Virus record (IMG/VR): IMGVR_UViG_3300045988_174371
Span: 64,001-128,000 of that record
Direction: 5' to 3' (one strand)
DNA length: 64,000 bases
Source: a virus
This document shows positions 18,228 through 26,252 of this stretch, piece after piece. Positions within the stretch are counted from its first letter, which is position 1. Every line of letters begins with the position of its first letter. The position numbers and the translations under genes were made by a program. The notes under the pieces were generated by a model. That model had not been told where the DNA came from. It saw nothing but the letters and a program-made list of their open reading frames with translations, and did not search any database.

Positions 18228-19076
18228 CTAGAGAATAAAGTGCCCCAGAATGAATCCTGCAAGGAATAGGAGTACTAGAAGGAGCGTCACAATGGCGGGG
18301 TGGCTATACACCGCCTGCTTCACCTGGCTCACAGTTACCGTGTCGCTCGAAGCTGAACTGCTCAGGGTTGAACTACTCGGGGGCAACACGGCACCCTTCG
18401 GCTTCTTAGGCTTCTTGGGTTCCTTGGGTTTCTTCGGCTTCTTGGGTTCCTTGGGTTTCTTCGGCTTCTTGGGAGGCTTGAGAGCCGCAATTTCCTGGCT
18501 ATAGTCGCTAAAGTCCAGATAGCCGATGAGCTGTTCATTGTCCCATCCCTGAGCAGGAAGTACTCCAATGCTAAGCATTGCCTTGAGAACAATTTCCTCG
18601 GCTTCCTCAAGAGAGATAGCGCCGCCCTGAGTGGTGTCAATGTACTCAGTAATGCGCTTAAGAACTCTGTCCCTATCGTCCCTTACAGCGAAGTGCTTAG
18701 GGCGCTCCGAACTTGGCATACTGTGAAACTCGCTAATCGCTTCACTAATACTGTCAGGTAGCGGGGTGTACGGCAATTGGTGGGTATTGTATGCCCACAG
18801 GTGCCGCAAGTAATCCTTAGGCTCAGTGGTTTTAAGGGGAAGCTGGATTTTCTTGTGGATACCATTCTCCGTTGATGTTAGGTGGAGGGAGTACCCATAT
18901 TCGCCAAGGTGAATATGCATCTCTCCGCCGCCTTCTTCTACGAATCGCGGGTAGATGTCCTTGAGCGTGCTTTTGAATGCTGGCACCTGCTTAGCTACGC
19001 CAACCATCAGCATAAGAGCCTGGGCATACTGTGCGCAGGAGTTAATGACACTGTAATCAAGGGTGCTTTTAGCCAT
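18228..19076 (-). CDS. tail-anchored membrane protein with Lys/Pro repeat linker
   Basis: 282-aa ORF; PKKPKEPKK repeats; single C-terminal TM helix; start overlaps the upstream stop (ATGGCTAA). Confidence 0.75.
   Translation of the reverse strand: MAKSTLDYSVINSCAQYAQALMLMVGVAKQVPAFKSTLKDIYPRFVEEGGGEMHIHLGEYGYSLHLTSTENGIHKKIQLPLKTTEPKDYLRHLWAYNTHQLPYTPLPDSISEAISEFHSMPSSERPKHFAVRDDRDRVLKRITEYIDTTQGGAISLEEAEEIVLKAMLSIGVLPAQGWDNEQLIGYLDFSDYSQEIAALKPPKKPKKPKEPKKPKKPKEPKKPKKPKGAVLPPSSSTLSSSASSDTVTVSQVKQAVYSHPAIVTLLLVLLFLAGFILGHFIL
18397..18476. repeat. 27-bp tandem repeat inside CDS 18228-19076
   Basis: cttcttgggttccttgggtttcttcgg occurs at 18411-18437 and again identically at 18438-18464, with partial units on both sides; encodes PKKPKEPKK units. 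Confidence 0.9.
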
Positions 19077-19335
19077 TGTGCATCCCCTTAATCTGCTTCA
19101 CCTTTTCCACCAGGACTAGGTTGGTGAGTTCCCGCTCTTCAGGGGATTCACTTGCGATTTCTGCGGCGGCTTCCAGCTGAGACTCAAGCTTCTTAATGTT
19201 TCGGCTTGCGTCTTCACCGCCAAGGCTGTCTGCGATGCTCGATGCGGTAGATGCGCTGTTGGCGATTCTACCCAGAGCTTCTAGCTGGTTGATGTTAATT
19301 TCCAGGGTGGTGATGTTCGCGTCTAGCGCCTGCAT
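19069..19335 (-). CDS. coiled-coil hypothetical protein (88 aa from the ATG)
   Basis: ORF in the same frame as 19384-19869 and separated from it by a single TAG; no RBS before the ATG. Confidence 0.55.
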   Translation of the reverse strand: MQALDANITTLEININQLEALGRIANSASTASSIADSLGGEDASRNIKKLESQLEAAAEIASESPEERELTNLVLVEKVKQIKGMHNG

Positions 19336-19383
19336 GTGGCGCTTGATGTCGTCAATGCTCTTCTTAATGTGCTCAATGGAGCC

Positions 19384-19869
19384 CTAGAGGGAGGTGTAGC
19401 GAGCCGCCATTTCGAGTACTTCCGGGTCGTCTGGGTTGCCGCCGTAGGCGTGGATTTGGCGTGAGAGGGCTTCGTACTCGTTCCTGTAGCTTGCCAGTAG
19501 GTTCTGGAGGTTGCCGTGGGGTTCTGCGACTTCGCCTAGTTCTTGGCGTGCTTGGGCGTGTAGGTGCTTGAGAGTTGCGGTGTTGGGGTGGGTTTCGCGC
19601 ATGTTGTAGAGGTGCTTTCCTTTGAATGCTTGGTACTGGTCGAGGAGGTCTAGTTTGCGGCTTGCTTGTCGGATGCTGATGCGGAATGCGACGCGGAGGA
19701 GTTCTTCAAGGTCTTCCTTGGTGATGCTCTGCTCGTCTGCTTTGAGCTTCTTGTAGTAGTTGCTCAGCGCGTTTGCGAGGGGTGCGCGGTTTCCCTTGTC
19801 GATGGTGTGCATTAGGGTGCGTTCTGCGTCGCTCTGTGCGAAGCGCCTTACGCGAATATCTACGCCCAT
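19384..19869 (-). CDS. hypothetical protein (161 aa)
   Basis: ORF downstream of a family promoter. Confidence 0.7.
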   Translation of the reverse strand: MGVDIRVRRFAQSDAERTLMHTIDKGNRAPLANALSNYYKKLKADEQSITKEDLEELLRVAFRISIRQASRKLDLLDQYQAFKGKHLYNMRETHPNTATLKHLHAQARQELGEVAEPHGNLQNLLASYRNEYEALSRQIHAYGGNPDDPEVLEMAARYTSL

Positions 19870-19909
19870 TGGCTTACTTTCTGTGGGTAATGAATGATTA
19901 CCTGCATAT

Positions 19910-19939
19910 AGTATAGCACATATTTGTGAGTGTAGACAA
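19910..19939 (-). promoter_or_regulatory. family promoter (-35 TTGTCT, TGc-TATACT)
   Basis: upstream of the 19869-to-18228 operon. Confidence 0.55.
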
Positions 19940-19982
19940 ACGGCTATACTGGTTTCCTCTGGGGCAATTTACGCAACTGATG

Positions 19983-20024
19983 AGATAGCCGCTTGAGGCA
20001 CTAGCACTCACCTAGGCGGCTATC
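19983..20024 (-). terminator. hairpin after CDS 20104-20562
   Basis: GATAGCCGC / GCGGCTATC inverted repeat. Confidence 0.45.
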
Positions 20025-20103
20025 TACACAGCATCTTTAGGAAAAGCGACATACTTACTCCACCTCGTGTCACTGGCACGCCACCACACCTTATACCCAC
20101 CCA

Positions 20104-20562
20104 CTAGTCGCTACTTTTCTTGAGCAGGATAAAGAGTGCGCAGATACTGAGCGCAAGCGGTATGAGGACCCCAAGGAAGAGCCATTCAAAAAGTGACACC
20201 ATACTGAGAGCCGTTACCGGGAACATTACTCCAATACACCAATTAACCCCCTTCCAACTTGTCACCCTTGCCCCATCCAGCATCTTGTGCACGAGTACCC
20301 CAATGTAGAACAGCGGATAGAAGAACACCTCGAACGGGGCGGGCTTATATAACCATGTGGGACACAAGGCAATCATTAGAACGATAAGTGCCACAAGGTA
20401 GATTGCAAGTAGCGCCGCCTGCACTCTTCCAGTTGGCTCCTTACCACTATTGGCACCTATCCCAGGGGCGAATGTGGCACTGTTGATGCAGTAATAAACT
20501 GTGGCATTGAAGGCAAGCCACAAGGCGAGACCCATAAGGGGTGTTTCGATACCGGCAGGCAT
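20104..20562 (-). CDS. multi-TM membrane protein, paralog family J
   Basis: ATG at 20562 after GAGAGGAA; aligns with 16656-17126. Confidence 0.75.
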   Translation of the reverse strand: MPAGIETPLMGLALWLAFNATVYYCINSATFAPGIGANSGKEPTGRVQAALLAIYLVALIVLMIALCPTWLYKPAPFEVFFYPLFYIGVLVHKMLDGARVTSWKGVNWCIGVMFPVTALSMVSLFEWLFLGVLIPLALSICALFILLKKSSD

Positions 20563-20793
20563 GTGATATGTGTTCCTCTCTGAGGTGGTGCTACGCGGGC
20601 TACCCATACGAGATAGCCCGCGTAGCATGTTTGGTTGGTGACTGTCTGGGGCTTACGGCTGAAAGCGGTGATAGTGGGCACTTTTTCGGCAATTATTGCC
20701 AATTATTGCACCATAGTGCATAACTCACCGACTAGGGGAAAGGCTCGTTTCTCCGTATACCGGAATACCCATTTTTTCTACCCCTAGATGGCT

Positions 20794-21801
20794 CTACTGG
20801 TAATCCACTTGAACCTTTGAAACATGCGTCGCGATGCACTGCATATTTCGGGTGACAATGACGACAGTCCCAAACTCATCAGGGGCGCTGACACTCCTAA
20901 CGTTCGAATACCTTTCCGAGTCACAGTCATCAGTAATTACCACGTTAATGCGAGGCTCACTGGGCGGCTCCGCGCATACGGTAGGCATAATTTCAAGGGA
21001 TTCAATCTCTCCGATAACCTCAGTAACCCTGCCGCTAGTGTTGAACATAGAAAATGCCAGACCGCCAGATGTATTCTCCTGAATGCACATGCTGACCGAC
21101 CGCACACCTGAAATGCCTTGAACAGGGGTGACAGAGAAGAAGTTATGGTCATTATGATTAACCCAGAAGAAGCGAGGCTCGTCGGGTCTACCGACCAAGG
21201 TAATCTTTAGGCACTCCCCATAGTGTAGGTGTGTGCCTACAATGCTTGCCGCATGATAGGCGTAATCGCGGTATGTAACCCCTTCATTAGGTGCGGGACT
21301 TCCCTGAATAGTGTGTTTCGCCAGTGTGTCTAGAGCGCCTGCGACGGTGTGGGATTCTGCACCCCATCCGCGAAGCTCCTCTGCCAGCGTGTGCAATTGC
21401 ATTTCATTCATGACATGCGGGGATACTTGAGCGATATGCAGTAATGCGGGTGTGCTGGGTGCCTGACTTGCATTAGTGGTCACCTGCTTCGCTAAAGTCA
21501 CCACATTGTTAAGTGCGTTACTTAGGGGTTCGAGTTCGTTAAGGTCTCCAACAATGAGGACTGAGACGATTTCAGTACTCATTTCGAAGAACGCGCCTTT
21601 CCTGTATTTCGTGGGGTAGGTGTAGAGTTCGTGGCGGTGGGTGTGGCAGGTGCTTCGGAACCCGTTCTCTTCGGCAAATGTGATGTAGGTGAAGCTTGTG
21701 CTGATGTGCTCTATGCGGCGTACCTGGTAGGTTCCTGAGTTGCGGTGGTAGAGTAGTGCGGCACTGTTGGGCTTAGTGGTGCTGGATGGGGCGAACTTCA
21801 T
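20794..21801 (-). CDS. hypothetical protein (335 aa)
   Basis: long ORF downstream of the HTH gene. Confidence 0.7.
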   Translation of the reverse strand: MKFAPSSTTKPNSAALLYHRNSGTYQVRRIEHISTSFTYITFAEENGFRSTCHTHRHELYTYPTKYRKGAFFEMSTEIVSVLIVGDLNELEPLSNALNNVVTLAKQVTTNASQAPSTPALLHIAQVSPHVMNEMQLHTLAEELRGWGAESHTVAGALDTLAKHTIQGSPAPNEGVTYRDYAYHAASIVGTHLHYGECLKITLVGRPDEPRFFWVNHNDHNFFSVTPVQGISGVRSVSMCIQENTSGGLAFSMFNTSGRVTEVIGEIESLEIMPTVCAEPPSEPRINVVITDDCDSERYSNVRSVSAPDEFGTVVIVTRNMQCIATHVSKVQVDYQ

Positions 21802-21831
21802 GGGTAGCTTTCTGTAGTGGAGGTATTGGGG

Positions 21832-22062
21832 TTAGTTTGCGGTTGGGGGCGTGTGCTTGTAGCGCTTATCGGTGGCTCCTGCTTTGGCGCGGAGCTTATT
21901 CCATGCTTCTACGTCTTCTAGGGTGTACCCGTACTGGTTGCCGGTTTTGGAGGCAACTTCGAGTTCGCCGCGTTCTCGCGCCTTGTCTACGCCTCGTCTG
22001 GAGAAGTTGGTTAGCTTGGCAACTTCTTCGGTGGTGAGGTAGATGATGGGCTTTTTAGCCAT
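21832..22062 (-). CDS. small helix-turn-helix DNA-binding protein (excisionase/MerR-like fold)
   Basis: 76 aa; IYLTTEEVAKLTNFSRRGVDKARERGEL is a typical HTH segment; first gene of a divergent promoter pair. Confidence 0.6.
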   Translation of the reverse strand: MAKKPIIYLTTEEVAKLTNFSRRGVDKARERGELEVASKTGNQYGYTLEDVEAWNKLRAKAGATDKRYKHTPPTAN

Positions 22063-22179
22063 TTTTTCTCTTTCTGTCTTGTGGGTGTCCGGTTAAGGTG
22101 TGGTAGCTCAGGTTTGCGAGCCGCCACTGGGTGCTGTGGGTAACCATAGGTGGCGCGCTTCACCTTGCCATTTGGGGTA

Positions 22180-22209
22180 ATAGTACCATGAAGGGGACTA
22201 TTTTGTCGA
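22180..22209 (-). promoter_or_regulatory. family promoter (-35 TCGACA, TGg-TACTAT)
   Basis: upstream of CDS 21832-22062. Confidence 0.5.
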
Positions 22210-22263
22210 TATTGCCGCACCTAAAATTGGGGGTGTGCTACTAAACTCTTCAAGTAACACCAC

Positions 22264-22292
22264 TTGCAAAACAGTTCCAACTGTGGTACTAT
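22264..22292 (+). promoter_or_regulatory. family promoter (-35 TTGCAA, 17 nt, TGg-TACTAT)
   Basis: upstream of CDS 22359-23531; leader hairpin ATTGTTG/CAACAAT follows. Confidence 0.6.
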
Positions 22293-22358
22293 TTAATTGT
22301 TGGTTCGAACAGAGCCGCAACAATTAGTTACTAGTCATCTTGAAAGGATGAAACCATC

Positions 22359-23531
22359 ATGCGCAACCTTGACCTCTCCACCCTGAATGCAGGCGACATT
22401 CTGCTCGCAGTGTATAACGACAACTTCGTTCGCACTTTCTGGAAGGGTGTTCACCCTAACCTGCTGGTCGTACACTCTGTAGACCCGGCAAGCTCCACTG
22501 CCATTGTCGCCGCCGCCGGGGAGGGAAACTACGGTATGTACCTGCTGAGCATTAACGAAGACGGCATCACCTTTGAAAGGTTCGCTGATGCCACCGATAA
22601 GTTCGCCCCGGTTCAGGTATTCCAGTTCACCCCCGCCGAAGCTCAGGCACAGGGTTTGGTTCGCCGCCTGAATGCGGAGGGTAAGCTGTTCAAGTTCCTT
22701 GAATCCATCAATGATGACGCTCTTATCCACGACGTGCGCCAGGCGGTAGCAAAGGAATACTCTCTTCACTACTTCATGGGTAAGCCCAACACCCTTCTTG
22801 GTGACCTGGAACACGCCCGCAAGGTAACGCAGAACATGTACACTGTTGCAGAGAATGAGTATGAGCGAATCTTGCGAGAAAAAGGTGAGATTCTGGATAA
22901 GATGGTCGAACTTGTGGATGAGGCTATCGCTAAGGTAAACCCGCTCCTTGCTGGCTCTGGCATGACCTCCAACCGCTCCACTGACGCTAACACCATTCAG
23001 CACCACTTTGAATACACTAAAGACGCTCACACTTTCCGCGTGGGTAGCACTTTCGCTGTACATGATGTAAACTACACGGTTACTCGCGTCTCTAAGTCCC
23101 GCGCATACGTAGTGAAGACTGATACGGGTGAAGATGCTGGCTACGTCACCTACACGAAGAGCCGCGGTGTGCGCCTGCATGTCGGCAATGGCGAGCCCGC
23201 TGTGTCTTTCCGCTATTCCCCTGTCCCGGTTGCTAATGCGGATGACATGCAGGCATTTGATGCGACTAAGCGCGAAATTCACGACATTGCCACTGAGTGC
23301 ATGGCAAACCTTCGAGACCTGCTACTCAAGGTTGCCGTCAGCAATAAGTTTGGTGATACCCTGAGCCGCGTATACCGCCGCAATATCGTACCTCACGGCG
23401 TTACCACCACTACCTCCCTCCTGTATGACCTGCTTTCCGAAATTGAAGCCGTAAAGGAAGCCCTGCATGAGCAGGCTGAGGTGAGCATGTTCAAGATGGA
23501 GCGCCTGATTACCCAGACCTACGGCAAGTAA
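22359..23531 (+). CDS. hypothetical protein (390 aa), paralog family D
   Basis: aligns end to end with 34036-35211 (N-terminal LN.GDI.L, C-terminal F.ERLI...YGK); GAAAGGA RBS. Confidence 0.8.
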   Translation: MRNLDLSTLNAGDILLAVYNDNFVRTFWKGVHPNLLVVHSVDPASSTAIVAAAGEGNYGMYLLSINEDGITFERFADATDKFAPVQVFQFTPAEAQAQGLVRRLNAEGKLFKFLESINDDALIHDVRQAVAKEYSLHYFMGKPNTLLGDLEHARKVTQNMYTVAENEYERILREKGEILDKMVELVDEAIAKVNPLLAGSGMTSNRSTDANTIQHHFEYTKDAHTFRVGSTFAVHDVNYTVTRVSKSRAYVVKTDTGEDAGYVTYTKSRGVRLHVGNGEPAVSFRYSPVPVANADDMQAFDATKREIHDIATECMANLRDLLLKVAVSNKFGDTLSRVYRRNIVPHGVTTTTSLLYDLLSEIEAVKEALHEQAEVSMFKMERLITQTYGK

Positions 23532-23545
23532 CAAACTGAGAGCAT

Positions 23546-23595
23546 AAAAGGTGCCCTAGAAGTATTCCATGCGAGATACTTCTAGGGCACCTTTT
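23546..23595. terminator. bidirectional hairpin terminator
   Basis: AAAAGGTGCCCTAGAAGTA / TACTTCTAGGGCACCTTTT 19-bp inverted repeat. Confidence 0.75.
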
Positions 23596-23820
23596 ATGCA
23601 TCCTGTGCGCTGACTGGTCGAATAACATGTCTACAGGTGACACATGCGCCCCTAAGGGGATAAAGCGGTGATAATGGGTTCTCTACCTCAGTGGTAAAGT
23701 TAGGGGCTTAGGGAGCCGCGTGTAGCTTAGCCCCAATGGGAAGCCCTCCGCTTAAACATCTCTCCATTCAGTCCACTTTTTGCGGTATAATGGAAAGCAG
23801 TCAATCAGAAAGGAGCGAGT

Positions 23821-23946
23821 GTGGTCACCGCTGGAGACATGTTCATGCGGGCTATTGCTGAGGCGGAAGCTATTAAGGCAACATGGGAAGAAGCTGGGCT
23901 AACCCCTCAGGAAGCCCTGGAACTTCTACGCCACCTTCAATACTAG
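23821..23946 (+). CDS. small ORF (41 aa, helical, acidic)
   Basis: GTG 5 nt after AAAGGAG; TATAAT at 23786-23791 upstream and terminator 23953-23988 downstream. Confidence 0.4.
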   Translation: MVTAGDMFMRAIAEAEAIKATWEEAGLTPQEALELLRHLQY

Positions 23947-23952
23947 AAACAC

Positions 23953-23988
23953 AGTAAAAGCCCTCACGACTAGGTGAGGGCTTTTACT
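23953..23988. terminator. bidirectional hairpin terminator
   Basis: AGTAAAAGCCCTCAC / GTGAGGGCTTTTACT inverted repeat; related in sequence to the terminator at 10712-10750. Confidence 0.7.
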
Positions 23989-24068
23989 GTACCTACATGG
24001 GTTACAGGAGCCACCTCAAAGCACAGGGGGGGGAGAAGCTTGGATTATAAGCTACTCTTCCCACTGCT

Positions 24069-24191
24069 GGGTGGGTCAGGGATTTTCCCTGGCGGTACCC
24101 CCCCCCGCCAGCCGAAGCCAGCCTTCCTGGTCTTGACGTGTTAGCGTCCGTTTAGTTTACCCACCTCTCCCAGTCTCTCACAGGCGAGGTG
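24069..24191 (-). ncRNA. unclassified structured RNA, copy A
   Basis: no ORF; diverged duplicate of 60449-60579 with conserved blocks and compensatory changes in hairpins. Confidence 0.5.
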
Positions 24192-24200
24192 TATTGGTTG

Positions 24201-24710
24201 CTACTGCTCCAGGTATTCCAGGAGGAAGCGCTTTACGGATGCCGCCGCGTGGTCAGCTTCGGCATTAGTGTTGCGACTGCGGGTTAGGGCGTACAGGTAT
24301 AGGGCGTATCCTTCCGTGAACTCATCTAGCTCACCGGCAGGCTTGCGTCCGTGCTCGTTAGCGAGGTGTCCTACAAGGGCGAGCTGGGCTTCTTGGCGGG
24401 TCATTTCGGCGGGGTGGGTGTCGGGTCGCCCAACTTCAACATACCTGCCCGCCTTGTTGATACTGAAAAGGGATGCTACGGCGACTTCGTGTGCGTCCGC
24501 ATTTGAGCGGTAGGTCATATGCATCTGCGGGATGTACGCCCCCTCATTGATAGCGTAGCCGCCGTCGGGTAGGGGCGCGGTGTGGAAGCGGGTGGGGTTG
24601 GTGTTGTCGCCTGCTGGGTAGTAGATGTATTCCCACCGCCCGGAGGTGCGGTTGAGGGTTGCTTCGATGTGCTTGTCGAGGAAGTTCTGTAGGGTGGTTT
24701 CGGTGGTCAT
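24201..24710 (-). CDS. hypothetical protein (169 aa)
   Basis: ATG at 24710 after AGAAAGAGAAA; the longer ORF-track N-terminus is Pro/Arg-rich and lacks an RBS. Confidence 0.7.
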   Translation of the reverse strand: MTTETTLQNFLDKHIEATLNRTSGRWEYIYYPAGDNTNPTRFHTAPLPDGGYAINEGAYIPQMHMTYRSNADAHEVAVASLFSINKAGRYVEVGRPDTHPAEMTRQEAQLALVGHLANEHGRKPAGELDEFTEGYALYLYALTRSRNTNAEADHAAASVKRFLLEYLEQ

Positions 24711-24862
24711 GGGTGGTGTTTCTCTTTCTGTGGATGCCCTGCGGGGTTGCAGGGGTTTGTAGTTGAGTGTTTGTTGCGCGCCCCACTGCCCGATGATGGG
24801 TGGTGGGGCGCGCCGGTGGGCGGGTATCCTTTGGTGACCTGCGGGATGCCCACCCAAAGCCT

Positions 24863-25975
24863 TTAGTGGTACTTGTAGAGCGCCTGAACGTCTTCCAGAC
24901 CGTACTCGGTGCGGATGAGGTTCTTCCAGTCGTCCAGGTTGCGGATGCTGGTGGGGATGCGCTTGCCGTCTTTCTTGATGATGAGGGTGTCGCCGCAGAG
25001 CTTGTTGGCGTAGACGTAGATGCCTTCCAGCTCTGCGAGCATCTGCTCTTCGGTCATGCCTGCGTATTCTGCGGGGATGTATTCGGTCAGACCTGCGCGG
25101 TTAAGTAGGTAGCTGATTGCCACAGGGAGACCGGCGAGCGCCAGCGGGGTTACATAACCGCACTTGCAGGGGGTGTCATCGCTGGTTTCGTGGAGCGCGT
25201 TGTTGAGGCAGAAGGTGTCGAGGTTGCTAGTGGGGTTGGGGGTCAGGGGCGCAGATGCTTCTCGGACAGCGTATCGCCATGCCGCATCGGATACCTCGAT
25301 TGCTTCTCCCCACTCGGGGCTACCGTTCACGGTTCCATCTGCGGCGAGGCGGTAGTTATTGACGGTTGCCTTGCCGGGCTCTGCGGACAAGATGACATTG
25401 CCTGACAGTCGAGCGCCGGAGGTATTTACGTCGTACACGATAACCTGTCCGGTGGTGCTGAGTCCTTCATGTTCACCACCGATAACGCTACTGTACCCGT
25501 CAATGACACAGTTCTTGAGGGTGGTTCGCGCGGCGAAAGCGTGACCCATAAGCACGGTGTCTTCCATGTAGAGCTGGTCGAGAGCTACGCCCGCCTTGTC
25601 AATAATGGCATTGCAACCCAGCAGGCGCTTACCCAGCTCATTGTTGCAGGTGTAGAGGTTGTTGCGCACCTTTTCTACCTGGAGCTGGTCGGCTACAGCA
25701 TCAAGGGTCTCAATGAAGGTAGCCTTAGGGCGGACGGAGGTGCCACTGTAGAGTACCGCTCCGGGGCGGTTCAGCATGGCTTCGCGGCGGAACTGAGAGA
25801 GCTCCCGGACGGGGTTGTGGAGGCTCAGGCTGTCCTCATGCAGGCTTGCTTTGTTGGTGGGCATGGTCAAGCCGTGGCGCGCGCGGCTCCAAGCAGGAAG
25901 CTTCATCTGCGCGGTGACGTTCTTGGAGGTCTTGATGATGCAAGCGGTAGGCTTAGTGCTTTCACGAAGGGTCAT
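24863..25975 (-). CDS. hypothetical protein (370 aa), possible beta-helix-like central region
   Basis: AAAGGAG RBS; family promoter upstream; the central G/V/N-rich repetitive segment is only suggestive. Confidence 0.75.
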   Translation of the reverse strand: MTLRESTKPTACIIKTSKNVTAQMKLPAWSRARHGLTMPTNKASLHEDSLSLHNPVRELSQFRREAMLNRPGAVLYSGTSVRPKATFIETLDAVADQLQVEKVRNNLYTCNNELGKRLLGCNAIIDKAGVALDQLYMEDTVLMGHAFAARTTLKNCVIDGYSSVIGGEHEGLSTTGQVIVYDVNTSGARLSGNVILSAEPGKATVNNYRLAADGTVNGSPEWGEAIEVSDAAWRYAVREASAPLTPNPTSNLDTFCLNNALHETSDDTPCKCGYVTPLALAGLPVAISYLLNRAGLTEYIPAEYAGMTEEQMLAELEGIYVYANKLCGDTLIIKKDGKRIPTSIRNLDDWKNLIRTEYGLEDVQALYKYH

Positions 25976-26037
25976 TGGTCAGCTCCTTTGAAGGTAGGTC
26001 ATTCATGATTACTGGTTACTTCCGAACCAATAATCAT

Positions 26038-26067
26038 ATAGTACCACATAATGAACCATCTATGCAA
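26038..26067 (-). promoter_or_regulatory. family promoter (-35 TTGCAT, TGg-TACTAT)
   Basis: upstream of CDS 24863-25975. Confidence 0.6.
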
Positions 26068-26123
26068 GCGCTACGGCTTTCCTTAGATGCTTAAAACATG
26101 CCCCCAAGGAGGAAATATAGATG

Positions 26124-26196
26124 TACCCCTTGCCGGGTTCGAACCGGCGACTTCTAGATTCGGACTCTAGCGCTCTATCCACTGAGCTAAAGGGGC
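26124..26196 (-). tRNA. tRNA-Arg (anticodon CCG)
   Basis: hand-folded: acceptor GCCCCTT/AAGGGGT (G1-U72 wobble), D-arm GCTC-AGTGGATA-GAGC, anticodon stem CTAGA/TCTAG with loop GTCCGAA, T-arm GCCGG-TTCGAAC-CCGGC; position 32 is an unusual G. Confidence 0.8.
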
Positions 26197-26252
26197 TTTG
26201 CCACCCCATACGGGCTTACTATGTATGGGGCGGCGGGTAAGCAGGTCACACG

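Noticed and set aside
22335-23282. 315-aa minus-strand ORF
   Set aside because: It is entirely antisense to 22359-23531, which has an RBS, a family promoter and a full-length paralog (34036-35211). The minus ORF has no RBS or promoter, and its composition is typical of an antisense shadow.
25469-26008. 179-aa plus-strand ORF
   Set aside because: It is antisense to 24863-25975, which has an AAAGGAG RBS and a family promoter. The plus ORF has neither.
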